A DNA stretch of 64,000 nucleotides from Octopus sinensis (Eukaryota): NCBI RefSeq assembly GCF_006345805.1, contig NC_043001.1, positions 65,720,001 to 65,784,000 on the forward strand, in the 5' to 3' direction. Position numbers and translations under genes: made by a program. Below the pieces are notes generated by a model. The model had not been told where the DNA came from, did no database searches, and saw nothing but the letters and a program-made list of their open reading frames with translations. Shown here one piece after another: positions 14,072 to 27,275 of this stretch (within the stretch, counting starts at the first letter, position 1; each line of letters starts with the position of its first letter).

Positions 14072-14582
14072 CTAATGACTAATTCGTCCTTTGTGCTGGG
14101 CCACTGGTAGTAATCTATATTATTACCCTTTTGATTATATTCACATACTACTTGATAGATTTATTCGTAAAATTTTTTCCCGGCATGCCCTATATCACCG
14201 GGTAGATTTTGCGTCTGCGCAGAGATTTGTAAAAGTTAAGATCTGCAAGTTGCTTAGATCAACACATGGTCTAACACGCTGCGCATCTCGATTTAACTCA
14301 GGATTCTCGCTGATATTTTGTCTGTTTTGCTAGAAAGAGGTAGAAACTGATATCAGTCCGGGATGTATCGTTATTGGTAAATGTTTTTGATTTTCACTCT
14401 CGATAAATTTATCCCTTTTTTGTGTCCCTAGCATTTGGCATCCTTATTTAGGAGCCCTTAATTATATTTCTACATGAATAATATTTTTCTATATGAATAA
14501 TATTTTGTCTAATGACTAATTCGTCCTTTGTGCTGGGCCACTAATAGTAATCTATATTATTACCTTTTTGATATGTATATAT

Positions 14583-15246
14583 ACTACCAGTAATACCCGT
14601 CGTTCATCGGATAATTACTTTTACTCTTTCTCAGGAGTCACATTCAAAGTATTATTATATATATAATAGATTTCTCAACGGGGAGTCGCTGGTGATGTAT
14701 CGTGATGATCAAAAATCCGGCCTGCTAAAATTTCGTTAAAGTAATTTAAACTTAACGCAAAATGGTCACATTTAATCCAAAGCGTTAAAAATGTTATGAA
14801 AACAATTTGTATGTGTTCACAAAGTCCAAACGATTAATACGAAAAAACCCTCCAGGCTACATCCCGAAAATTCATTTCTTTGACGAATTTCTACAATGTT
14901 TACGGCGATTCGTTTTTATATCTTGACGTTTCATTTTACATGCAATTTACGCATGCTTGCACGCATGGTGAACACAGTTCACGTCAAACAGCTGACTGAG
15001 TAAAGTTCACTATTCAATGCTTTGGATAAGGCCTAAACAAACACATTATCGATTTTTGCACCTGCGAGATGAATTTTGGAACAGAAATAGCGCAGTTCAA
15101 TTTTCATTCGCCTAAACTTTAAGTGACCCATTTTTGGTGGTTCTTCGATTTGTTGGCTAGGAGGAGATGTGCCGGGAAGTTAAACAGACAGACACACACA
15201 CAGATACACACACAGGCACAAAAGTTGAGTTTTATATATATAGATA
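14583..15246 (+). mobile_element. Probable HINE-like element(s)
   Basis: 5' ACTACCAGTAATACCCGTCGTTCATCGG and 3' ACAGACAGACACACAC...TTTTATATATATAGAT, the typical HINE termini. Confidence 0.4.
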
Positions 15247-15248
15247 TA

Positions 15249-15650
15249 CATAGGAGTGACTGTATCGTAAGTAGTTTGCTTGCCAACCACATGATTCCGG
15301 TTCATTCCCACTGCGTGGCACCTTGGGCCAGTGTCTTCTACTATATAGCCATATAGCCTCGGGCCGACAAAAGCCTTGTGAGTGGATTTGGTAGACGTCG
15401 TATATATGTATATATATATGTATATGTGTGTGTGTATATGTTTGTGTGTCTGTGTTTGTCCCCCCAACATCGCTTGACAACCGATGGTGGTGTATTTATG
15501 TCCCCGTAACTTAGCGGTTCGGCAAAAGAGACCGATAGAATAAGTACTAGGCTTCCAAAGAATAAGTCCTGAGGTCGATTTGCTCGACTAAAGGCGGTGC
15601 TCCGGCATGGCTGCAGTCAAATGACTGAAACAAGTAAAAAAGAAAAGAGA
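15249..15650 (+). mobile_element. tRNA-derived SINE family 1, full length
   Basis: AGGAGTGACTGT..GTAAGTAG head, GGTTCATTCCC B-box and tail GGCGGTGCTCCGGCATGGCTGCAGTCAAATGACTGAAAC. Confidence 0.9.
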
Positions 15651-15685
15651 TAAAAGAGAGAGAGAGAGAAAGATTATGTATATAT

Positions 15686-15728
<43 letters not shown>

Positions 15729-15908
15729 CAATAATAAATCTCTGAGCGAGGTATAAACAGTAACTGCTCTATAATATAAGCGGGATCAGCCATCTGAATG
15801 TGGCTAGGGACAGGGCGGGGTGGTGGGACAGTCGCCTGGGGCTAAATGCATCAGTAACACCCCCACCACCCCGCCCTGTCCCTAGCCACATTCAGATGGC
15901 TGATCCCA

Positions 15909-15964
<56 letters not shown>

Positions 15965-17287
15965 TACACACATGCATAAGTAGATGTATACATACATCTG
16001 TGTGTGTGTGTGTGCGCGCACGTGTATATGTATGCACTGTTAAACTTTATTGATTTAGACCAATTACTAATTCTCTTCTTCACTCGGCTACTCTCACCGC
16101 GATATGAGAGTCAAAGGAGTTCTACAATCCACATATTACTGTCTCCAAAAATTTTAAATAAAACTAGCTGAAAGTACTTGTCCCACAGCTGGTAAGAGAG
16201 AAACTTCTTTATAAACACTTTTAGATCTGTTCACGTGGACCATACAGTCATTCAAAATTCTCTTTTCAAAACTAATTATTCCAACCAATTATTTAACATT
16301 GCCACATTCTATAGTATGTTGCGTATCAAAGCATGTGTTCTTTACAGTAGACTTCAGGGGAAGTATCAATTACAGCACACTAAAATAACAATAAGTGGGG
16401 AACACTAATATAATATCCGACATTTTTTTCTTTAGCCTTAGTAGTAAAATATGTTTACATATTTTAAAACCCAGCAATTTATTCTTTCATAAAATTTCCA
16501 GATTCCCATCTCCTTGAGTTAAATAGCTATTCGCTTATGTTGAACTGTACATGTATATATTGTATGCAGATATATATGCGAATATATACAAATATTTGCG
16601 TGTGTGCACGCGCTCTTGTGTGTATGTGGGTATGAATTTAGGTGTGTATACATGTGTGTTTGCGTGTATGTATATGAATATGTATATCTATCTATCTCTA
16701 CAGAAACACACACACATACATACATACATACATACATATTTAGATAGATAGATAGATAGATAGATAGTGAGAGAGAGAAAGAGAGAGAAAGAGAGATGTA
16801 GATATACATCTACATACTCACACATGCATACACGTGCATATGTACTTTCATATACTTAAGTGTGGATGTGGGTAGGTGTATGTGTGTGGCTGAAGTAGAG
16901 GCGTTGATAATGATTCTTACCTTTCGACACTGGGGTCATACAACTTTAAGTCAATAGTAAACCAAAGGTTAGCACCTCAAAGTTATACAAACTGTTTTTA
17001 TTAGAGAAACGTTTGTGTTTAATCCACAAAATTGGACACAAGCAAGAAACTTTCTTTACTCGTTTATTTTTAGTTTATTTTTTGTTTATTTTCTGTTTTG
17101 TTTCAAATAACAGGATTTATTTGACATAGACCATCTGACCTTTGACCTTATCACTTTTGAAACAATACGATAAAGATCTAGAATAAACACTAATGATCTT
17201 ATCCTTATTTATATACATGTATATATACGCACACACACGCGCACACACACACACACCACACACACACACACGCACACATATATATAT

Positions 17288-18423
17288 GTGGTCGCCGTTT
17301 GTGAGGCACGCTTTCCCCGCAGCTCGTCTCCATGACCGAACTGCAGTCGTGGATCAAAAAGAGGCCGAGGAAGGGCGAATGGCATCGCGAGTGTCGCGTT
17401 GCTCTCAAGCAACTCTACCGTCCCGGGTCGACTTTGAGTGACTTCAACACAACCAAAGCATTCTATAGGGGATTAGTGGAGGGGAGGAACGACGACGATC
17501 TTGGGGCAAACCTGGGCGTCGACGAGGAATACCTGACTCGCCTGTTTGAAACGAATTTCGAGCCGGGACCTATGGACAACTTCTAGAGATCCCTGGCCTG
17601 GAAGTGCTACCGAGAAGCGCTACCCGTTCGGGATAAGCTCTATAGGCATGGCTCGAGAAACACGGGGCCGACCTGCCCGAGATGCGGGCAGAGCGACGAA
17701 ACTGTTCTGCACGCAATCGTGCAGTGTCCAACAATCACCGACCTGTGGGCTTATGTCGAACGACTGCTGTCACGTGTGGGACGTGTCAGTTTATCAGCCG
17801 AGTCTATCGTTAATGTCGTCACGCCTCCTTCCTTCAAACGGGAAGGAAGAGCTATTTTTATCATACTTGTGGCTATTGCCAAAGAATGTATCTGGTGGAC
17901 GCGCGTAAAAGGATTAGAGACAAAAACTTTCCTCTCTGGTCAATCTCTCATCAACTTCTTCAAGTATCTCTTGAAGAGGAAAGTGAATGTTTTAAAAATG
18001 TTTTAAAAAAAGATGGGTGACTATAGCAAGGATGGCACGTATGAATGACGAAGCCACCTTGACTATGATCCTATGAACCGTAAAAATTAATACAGGGAGT
18101 TGCTTATTTGTAAAAAAAAATAACATGTGACTTCATTGACCGAGGTTACCGTGGTCTTTTCCGTAGGCTTTTCTTTCCACGGGTAAACCTCACCTGTCCT
18201 CCCCTTTACACTTTATATTGACATTTCTGTGATAACGATCCCTATTGATCGATTTTTTCCTTTTCCTTTTATTTTCTATCCCACCCCTTTTTTTGTTCTC
18301 TTTCTTTCCTTTTACGATCCCTTTTGATCGAAAACCAAACCCCCTTTTTTTAACCCCCAAAAGAAAAGCTCTACCTTGTAATTTGTCCTGTCTGTGTGCA
18401 GCCCTGTGTGGCTAATAAAGAAA
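17288..18423 (+). mobile_element. 5'-truncated L1/Tx1-clade LINE (ORF2 C-terminus plus 3' UTR)
   Basis: MTELQSWIKKRPRKGEWHRECR..., a zinc-binding CPRCGQSDETVLHAIVQC and a 3' end GCTAATAAAGAA. Roughly 90% identical by eye to 45291-46367; flanked by TA repeats. Confidence 0.9.
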
Positions 18424-19319
18424 CATTTATATATATACGCTCTACGCGCGAGTAAGAGTGTGGTTGTTACTTTCGGTTGCTTCCTTTCTGTTTTTTTATC
18501 ACCACATTCTCCCTCTTTGTTTCTCTCTCCTTTCTCTCTCACTTTCCCATTCTCTTACTCTTCCTTTCTCTCGGACACTCCCTAGCTTTCTCTTACTCTC
18601 TATCTTTCTCTATCTATCTATCTCCCATTTATAAACAACAAAAGATCTTGAGTAAGTTGACAAAGAAAATATTTTTAAAGATCAATCATAAATATCAGGC
18701 AGTGACAACGGAAAGGTCTGCTTCAGAGCAGACAGCAAAACACTAACATTTAAAAGGGACAGACGAACTTGCGAGCTGAATAAAAATTTTCAAATATTGG
18801 AAACCAAAGTTTGAAGGGATAGAATCTGAGGATAGTAGAGTCACCATGACTGGCATTTCTTAACGACGGACAGCAACGTAGTGGCAGCTTAACGGCTGGC
18901 GTAAAATTTTGAACTTGATGTAAAAGAAAATTCCTAAACACCAAGTTTTGAAGTGATTCTTTCTCGCGAAAGTAGACTCACCATGGCGAGCATTCAAAAC
19001 TTCATGATGGACGGCAACACATTGACGATTTAAAGGCTGGCGCAATTCTTTTAGCTTGATGTGACAGAGAATTCCTAAACACCCGCTCCTGTAAACTTTA
19101 ATCCCCTTCCAGCCCCATTTAAACCCCTTTTCACATTTTGGTTAATATAACCCAATTTCGTTCGGGTCTACTCGGGCCACATTTTATAAGATGAGGAATT
19201 TTGTCCTAGAGGTCACGCCTTTCATTTGAGGAAAAAAATAGTTGCCATGCAAACACGCCAGCACTTTTAACATAGGTGTGCATATTTTCAGCTGAACCGA
19301 CCGACCACATAATGCACAC

Positions 19320-19379
<60 letters not shown>

Positions 19380-19383
<4 letters not shown>

Positions 19384-20797
19384 ATAGGATTAGATCGTAT
19401 ACGAGTGGGTATATATTTGTAAAAAAGGAGTTTGAAAATGCCACTATATTAGATAAATTTTAATTTTACATGTTTCGGTTCTTGAAATAACGAACCTTAT
19501 CAAAAAACTTTTTTTTATAATAAAGAGTATAATGGAACAGTTCATAATTGTTTCATACATTCAATAGTGTCCATGCTATATACATAAAAAGTATAATGGA
19601 ACAGTTCATAATTGTTACATACATTCAATAGAGTCCATGCTATATACATTCAATAGAATCCATGTTCTTGAAAAGGCGAAAAATATATTATAAGGTGTAA
19701 GTCGTTCCTTACTGTTTTGTCGAGTGTAGTGCAGGAGTTCATTATAGATTTTACCTTGTGTTCCGATGGGAGCAACAGTAGTGATTCTTGGTTGTCGACT
19801 GTTAGCGTAATTTTGGTAAACTTGTGATCGTTGGGTTTATATCAGTTAAGTTGTGGCTGTGAAAGCAGTAGTAGCCGTGGTCTCTGGCACTGTTTACTGA
19901 CGTCATATAATTCCAAACCAATCAAAGCCAAGCTTCAACGAATATAAGGAAAAGACCCCCAACTGTATCCTGTTTAGGAAACCAGCCAAGCAGAACGACA
20001 ATTTGACCACGGAAGAAAAACGTCATCAATTTTTTAGCGAATCAAAATCAGATTTGACCCATAATTGTATCCTGTTAGGTGGCTAACCTTGCAGAACGGC
20101 TAGTTTGACCACGGAAGAAAAACGCCATCAATTTTTTAACGAATCAGAATTAGACCTGACCCATAACTGTATCTTGTAAGGAAACCAATCAAGCATGGCG
20201 ACAAGCTTGACCACTGAGGTAAAACGTCATCAATTTTTTGGCTAATCAAAATCAGATCTGTTTGCAGAGAAAAAAAATCTTTTTATTAATTTTTCCTTCC
20301 CTAAGACATACCACTGCCAGCGGGAGTGACTGTTTAAGGATCTGAGAAATTGTAATTGCCCCCACCTCCACTATTTTAATTCTCTCACTGTGGCCGTAGT
20401 AACAGTGACCACGGTGGTTGTAGTAGTGGTAGTGCTAGTGGGAGCAGTCGTAGTGGTTGTGGTAGAGTTTCGTTTTTTCTTTTTCGGAAGACCAATGTTT
20501 TGTTTTAATATTCCTGGCCCAGGGTGTTCAAACTTGGTCTAAATTTTTTGATGAAATAAAGTTCTTTATTTTGGCGTTGCGTGAAGGTTACGCTGTCACT
20601 GAATTTGTAAAGTGGATAAGTTGTAAATTTCGGATTTTCATTTGCAGCACATCTACCTATGTGTCCGCTTACCGGTATTTTCCGGTATTCAGGGTTTCTA
20701 ATTTGTGATTTATGCACCGCCATCCTGTTACGTAAGCTATTTTTTGTATGGCCTATATATTGCCTATTGCAGCCTGCGCATGTTAGGCCATACAAAA
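19380..20797 (-). mobile_element. Penelope-like element 3' part: GIY-YIG endonuclease plus tail
   Basis: ORF 20505-20795 LYGLTCAGCNRQYIGHTKNSLRNRMAVHKSQI...ELYFIKKFRPSLN is the PLE GIY-YIG pattern. Hammerhead relic TTGATAAGG...CCGAAACATGTA near 19470-19505 (minus). Confidence 0.8.
19954..20260. repeat. Minisatellite, 3 x 102 bp, diverged
   Basis: Units start at 19954, 20056 and 20158 (GACCC..ACTGTATC..TTGACCACGGAAGAAAAACG.CATCAATTTTTT..GAATCA). Confidence 0.9.
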
Positions 20798-21571
20798 TAT
20801 GCGTCGCTTATCAACCAGGATGTAGTCGATCTCGCTTAGGTGCTTAGAGTTCGGCGATATCCAAGTCCATCTCTTCCTCTCCCACTTCCTGAATAGGCTG
20901 TTTCCGATGTAGAGCTGCCTCGCCTCTGCCATGGTAGCCAAACGTTCTTCTCTCTCGTTTCTCTCTCCCATGCCAAATCTCCCGACGTACTCCTCTCCTT
21001 GTCGTCCATGTCCAACCTTTGCGTTGAAGTCTCCCATCACGACAGTGTAAGTGGACTTCATAGCCAACCCTTTGTCTAGTTTTCGATAGAATTCTTCCAC
21101 CTCGTCGTCGTCGCTGGCACTTGTGGACAATCTTGAGGGTGGCCTTCCCTGAGAAGTTCACATTTAGTACACCAATCCTTGATGATATGAAGTGGCAAGA
21201 AGCGACCCTCGAAGCCCATTCCTTACTTACGATGAATCCGATACCTCCGACCGATCTAGCACCTTCTGCTCTTCCTAATCTCACAATGCATCCATCTTGC
21301 CATCGTATACTCGCTTCCTTCTTCCAGCGTGTCTCGCACAGCCCTAACACGTCGCACCTGATCTTCTTCCCCTCCTCCATTAGGTGGTTCAGTTCTTGCC
21401 ACCCTCCATAGACCTGCAGTTGTAGGTGCATATGGCAAGTTTAGTCCTGTTCCATGACGGCTTTCGGGAACCTGTGATTCTTAGCAGCCTCTCGTCGCTC
21501 GAGTTGCACTCCGCCGTCATGGAGTGGCCCGATTGACGTGCAGGGTACTAAGACCCTTTTCCTTTTCTCTT
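20798..21571 (-). mobile_element. RTE-clade LINE, inverted 5' segment (APE endonuclease)
   Basis: ICTYNCRS / DVLGLCETRW / GGIGFIV / VVMGDFNAKVG / RWTWISPN / EIDYILV motifs across ORFs 20844-21431 and 20783-21130. Confidence 0.9.
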
Positions 21572-22230
21572 CGGTCAGACAACGTACCAACAGGTAGAAT
21601 GGTGATCGGCAGTGATGAAATAGAGGAGGTGAGAGAATATGTCTACCTGGGACAGGAAGTAAATATGTGCCGGGATATCAAAAAGGAGATCTCACGGAGA
21701 GTAAGGGCCGGATGGAAGGCGTTCAATGGCATAAGAGATGTGCTCAAGTTAAGGTTGGACAGGACCACCCGCGCCAACCTTATTAACAGTGCAGTTCTGC
21801 CTGCTATGTTATATGGTAGTGAAACATGGGCTACCACAAAGAGAGAAGAGCAAAGACTGATAACGGCTCAAAGAGCCATGGAAAGGTCAATGCTTGGTAT
21901 CTCGTTGAGAGAGCACATAAATAACAAGATCATCAGAAAGAAGTCCGGCGTGAGAGATGTCATCGCAGGGTATACTCGCAGCAAGTATAGATGGGCTGGT
22001 CACGTCGCCCGGATCACCGATAATCGGTGGACGCACGCAGTTGTCGAGTGGTACCCGCGTGAGCGAAAAAGACCACCCGGAAGACCTCCACGACGGTGGA
22101 GTGACGATTTCAAGAAGACGATTGGGATCACGTGGATGAGAAAGGCGCGATCCAGAGAGGAGTGGACAGCGTGCTGTGACAAGCGGTGTCAAATGGATGC
22201 CTGACGGACTGGTCGGTCAAAGTGGTGGTC
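21572..22230 (+). mobile_element. RTE-clade LINE 3' segment (RT C-terminus to end)
   Basis: EEVREYVYLGQ...EISRRVRAGWKAF...LPAMLYGSETW...RWAGHVAR..DNRWT...RPPGRPPRRWSDD, then a short UTR and (TA)n. Confidence 0.9.
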
Positions 22231-22343
22231 ATATATATATATATATACGCATTAAGTATATATATGTACATATATACGCATTATATATATGTGTGTGTAC
22301 TCATTATATATACAAATGTATACAAATTATATATATATATAAC

Positions 22344-22400
<57 letters not shown>

Positions 22401-22457
22401 CATACATACATATATACATATAAATATATATACATATTATATATATATATACATACA

Positions 22458-22511
<54 letters not shown>

Positions 22512-22565
22512 CAGATATATACATTATATATACATATTTATATATAGAACACACACACACATATA
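22231..22565. repeat. Compound (TA)n/(TACA)n microsatellite
   Basis: Seen directly. Confidence 0.95.
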
Positions 22566-23414
22566 AATTAACCCCAAAAATATCTGATTCATAATATTTG
22601 TTCTCATGATTGTGTGGTGGTGGTGGCGATAATAATTCTCTCTATGTATGCAGACAGATGTAGAGAGAGAGAGAGAGAGAGAGGATGTGGAAGAAAGAGT
22701 GAAGACGGCGGGAGAAAGATAGTAGACACTGTCAAACTACGTTATAGAGAGAAAGTGAAAGGAAAGGAGGAAGACAGGCAGATAAGAGAATGAGAGAAGA
22801 CTTGTCAAAGTGTGCGTTTTTTGTCTCTAGTAACCACACCTTTTAAGATAGCCCACTTACATCCTCACCTCATTTTACATGTTCCTGTAAATTTTGGAGT
22901 GAATCCGACGGGATCTAGTGGCCTTTAACCCGTTTCAATGCCAAAACCAGATAAACAAACCTTTCGCATTTCAGATTTATAGATATTGATATATAATAGA
23001 AATATGTTACAAAAAGAAAATAGAAACTACACCTGGAAATGTAAGGGGAACGTAAGAAGAACAATAAGCGAAAATGCACATTGGAAATCAAAAAAGTAAA
23101 GGCTTTTTATGAAAACTAACGATAGATATATACAATTAGATGAACTGAGGTAGGAATAAAAGTAATAAAAGTAATTATTGTGAATTGTTAAAGAGATTTA
23201 AAAGTGTACCGATTTCGTAAATTACTAATCATTGCTTTGAATGCGCACCGATCAATGAACGGTGTCAGGCCTATTAGTCCCTGAGAAAAAAATTATGTGT
23301 AAGGGAGATAAGTAGTTCTGGATTTGGTGCAATTAGAGTAGATATAGATCTGTAATGTGAATGGTGTATGGGATGTATGGGGGTTAGTGGTATTAATTGA
23401 AAGGTTAGTAGTGT

Positions 23415-25100
23415 TCTGTATTATATTATGTGTTTGGCCAATATAATTGTTACCACATCCTAAGCATGTAACGACATAGATTAGATTTTCTGAGGAACGG
23501 GTGAAATTTGATTTGATCTTAAATATTTTACCTTGTTTAAAGTGGAATTCTGTGCCCTCCAAAAGGTGGGGGCATGTACCACACTTAGGTGATCACATTT
23601 TTTCACTTTTGGTTCTGTTGTTAATGGATATAGTCTTGCGCTGGTTAATATTTTTTAGGTTGCATTTTGCTTTTGATAATTTTGTATGAGCTTAAAATTT
23701 TGTTCATTGTTTTATTTCTTATGAGGACGGGAAGATTTTGGGTGATAATGTTGACGGCTTCGTTGTTTCTAGAGTATATGTAGAGATGTACGGGAGTATT
23801 TTAAAGTCTGGCTTAGAATTTCGGTTGGCTTCCCTTAATGTTCATATATCTATTTCCTTAGCTCGTTTAATGCCATCATTTATTAATGATATTGGGTAAT
23901 GTCTTTTGATTAGTAATGATCTGAGTTCAATGAGTCTTCATTCACGAGTATAGGTGTCCGAAACTATGGTACAGATTCTTTTCGCTAGATTATAAGGTGT
24001 TTTTTATTTTTTAAATTTTTATCTAGTTTCAGCTCACGAGCTGTGGCCATGCTGGGGCACCGCCATTTGGTGTTGCTACATAATTTTACTTCACGAATGC
24101 TTTTTAGCAATTGCCATTTGGTGCATGAGAGAGTTCGATGCAGCTGCCCTCATCTGCACCTCCTGCTGTGAAGTTGGTTCATCTGGGTATATTAATTTTT
24201 ATGTGTTTGGGGTGGCATGAGTTAAATAATAGGTATGGTTTAGAATCTGTGGGTTTATAAAAGATGTCTGTTTCGATGTGGTTATTGACTATTTTAATTA
24301 GGATGTCAAGAAAAGGGAGTTGTTTAGTGTTGTGAATTGTATGTTGCTATTGATATTGTTAAGCATTATTTTGAAATCGAGGAGTTTGTCCATGCTGTCT
24401 TTCCAAAGTATAAAGCAATCATCCAAATACCTCTTCCAGTTCTCCTTTAAATAGCAATGAAATGAGGTGCCATATTTTTGTAGTGATGATTGATATAACT
24501 TAAAGTCTAGGTAACCCATTACGAAGTTCGCAGTCACTGGAGCAGCTCGGGTTCCCATTGCAATTCCACATTTTTGTCGATAGTAAACTGCATCGAACAT
24601 GAAATTGTTGTTCAGTAGGATGAATTTGAGTGCTGCGATTATGAATCGGTGGTTAATGCGTCCTGGGATCTCTTCTGGGTATTTTTCTAGCCAAAAGGTG
24701 GTCGCTTCTAAACCATAGTCGTGTGGGATATTGGTGTACAAATTCACCACATCGAATGATACTAACAGGGTTTCTTCATTTACTGTCTTCGGGAGGTGGT
24801 TCAGCATGTCTAAGTCATCCCCGATGAAGCTTTTCAAATATTTTAGAAACGGTTTAAGTAAGATGTCGAGGAAGTTGCTCAAACGATGGGGTTTCACAAG
24901 AATGGCCAGCAATGATGGGTCTTAGTTTGAGGTCAGTAGGGGACGTAACATTAATGCGTAGGCGTGGAGAAACTTTGCAGGCTTTACAAATATGTGGATT
25001 TTTGTATTTTATGTAATCCGTAGAATAGACTAGGAGTGTATTTAAAATTGGAAAATAAGTAAGTGGTAACAACGAAACAGGTTTGTGATTAATCTGTATA
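23415..25100 (-). mobile_element. Penelope-like element: RT, linker and start of GIY-YIG (disrupted)
   Basis: FYGL..K, LKLRPIIAG, LVSFDVVNLYTNIP, QKCGIAMGTRAAP, WKRYLDDCFILW, TDIFYKPTDSKPYLLFNSCHP..NIP|YNLAKRICTIVSD and NLIYVVTCLGCGNNYIGQT. Confidence 0.9.
24000..24185 (-). mobile_element. 5'-truncated SINE (family 3 tail) inserted into the PLE RT
   Basis: Interrupts NIP|YNLAK. Its 3' end AAATGGCGGTGCCCCAGCATGGCCACAGCTCGTGAGCTGAAACT matches 49202-49245. Confidence 0.7.
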
Positions 25101-25259
25101 TTTTGTATCTTTTCATTTGTCTTGCTCGCTTACGTTCTGGCGTTTGCTAAATTTCCTGAGAACATTCCTTTCTTAGTGGTAAGACAATAGAGGGTCGACT
25201 TGACTTCTAGCATATGGATGTCCACTTAGTGGTCATCTCTCTTATATACATATATATAT

Positions 25260-25306
<47 letters not shown>

Positions 25307-25314
<8 letters not shown>

Positions 25315-26911
25315 TCACAATAAGGGTGAAAAAAATTGAATATTAATTAATAACATCAATTTAAAACACCAAGTGGCCTAGCGAAAAAAACTGGGATACA
25401 GTAAAAATTATTAATACAAGTAATAAGAGAGAGACCACATGTGTTCACTCTAACGCTAGAAATAGATCCGCAAAGGGAATCCACCACTAAAGAATTGTTC
25501 TCAAGAATTAATACAACACGCCAAGAATGTAAGCGAGCAGGTGATTACATAAAATGATTATGTAAGTAAAATTACACAATCTATTAACGATGAAACAATT
25601 GTATAGAGTTAATCTATTTTTTCGTTATTTTTTACGCCAGAACGTAAGCGAGAAAGACAAATGAAAAATAACGAAAAAATAGATTAACTCTATACATTGT
25701 TTCATCGTTAATAGATTGTGTAATTTTACTTACATAATCATTTTCGAATCGTCAGTAGAGTATATCAAAAATATAAATTGCTGGACCGAACGGCAAAATC
25801 CACACGAAGCCTAACAAAGGCAAACGTTATAGCCGATTATATACGCAGTTACGTTCAAATATCCTCATTCTGGCGCGTTGAATCCCCGGATGTAAATACT
25901 ACCCCAGTAATTTACTGCCAGTTTGAGAACATATTAATTTATAATTAATATCACAATAAGGGTGAAAAAAATTGAATATTAATTAATAACATCATTTAAA
26001 ACACCAAGTGGCCTAGCGTATAAAAAGACTGGGATACAGTAAAAATTATTAATACAAATATTAAGAGATAGTCCACATGTGGTTACTCTAACGCTAGATA
26101 TAGATCCGCAAAGGAATCCACCACTAAATAATTGTTCTCAAGAATTAATACAACACGCCAAGAATGTAAGCGAGCAGGTGATTACATAAAATGATTATGT
26201 AAGTAAAATTACACAATCTATTAACGATGAAACAATTGTATAGAGTTAATCTATTTTTTCGTTATTTTTTACGCCAGAACGTAAGCGAGAAAGACAAATG
26301 AAAAATAACGAAAAAAATAGATTAACTCTATACAATTGTTTCATCGTTAATAAATTGTGTAATTTTACTTACATAATCATTTTCGAATCGTCAGTAGAGT
26401 ATATCAAAAATATAAATTGCTGGACCGAACGGCAAAATCCACACGAAGCCTAACAAAGGCAAACGTTATAGCCGATTATATACGCAGTTACGTTCAAATA
26501 TCCTCATTCTGGCGCGTTGAATCCCCGGATGTAAATACTACCCCAGTAATTTACTGCCAGTTTGAGAACATATTAATTTATAATTAATATCACAATAAGG
26601 GTGAAAAAAATTGAATATTAATTAATAACATCAATTTAAAACACCAAGTGGCCTAGCGTATAAAAAGACTGGGATACAGTAAAAATTATTAATACAAATA
26701 TTAAGAGATAGTCCACATGTGGTTACTCTAACGCTAGATATAGATCCGCAAAGGGAATCCACCACTAAATAATTGTTCTCAAGAATTAATACAACACGCC
26801 AAGAATGTAAGCGAGCAGGACAAATGAAAAATAACGAAAAAATAGATTAACTCTATACAATTGTTTCATCGTTAATAGATTGTGTAATTTTACTTACATA
26901 ATCCTTTTATG
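25307..26911. repeat. Tandem repeat of a ~637-bp unit (about 2.4 copies) with an internal 83-bp inverted repeat
   Basis: TCACAATAAGGGTG recurs at 25315, 25951 and 26590. Arms of copy 1 are 25551-25633 and 25664-25744. Confidence 0.9.
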
Positions 26912-27275
26912 TAATCACCTGTAGTCTGACATGATGCGGCACTCAAAGGCAGTCTGGACCGATCCTATGTTTCAACCTCTATAACTCCGTTTAACATAGA
27001 TCTTGTCAGTGTTCCTGTTGATGTGGAAGCTGTCAATCCTTGCATCTTCCTAGTTCCGATGTCTAAGTTGCAGATTTTTTCGAGTGATCAGTCTGATATC
27101 CCAAATGGCTCTGTATTATGAAATATGGTGTTATTGAATTGTAGGGGTAATTAGTGGTGACACGCGAGATTAACAGGTATCTCTATTCCTTATCCTGATC
27201 AATTGGTATTCCTATATCCTGCAAGAATGTTGTGACCAGTACCAATAGTTTCTTGGTATTGTGTATATAACTTGA
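26912..27275 (-). mobile_element. Penelope-like GIY-YIG relic
   Basis: VIYTIP...; YRAIWDIRLITRKNLQLRHRN*EDARIDSFHINRN resembles the PLE C-terminus (FDW..IL...R...E......INR). Degraded. Confidence 0.4.

Noticed and set aside
16915-17000. Minus-strand exon ending at a strong GTAAGA donor
   Set aside because: All three frames contain stops upstream of the donor.
19954-20260. CRISPR-like array (also considered for the R4/microsatellite alternation at 54-60 kb)
   Set aside because: Units are contiguous diverged repeats with no unique spacers, the context is eukaryotic, and there are no cas genes.
25738-25758. CUGACGA-UUC-GAAA on the minus strand of the 637-bp unit as a hammerhead
   Set aside because: Only 3 nt between the core boxes (no stem II) and no convincing stem III/UH.
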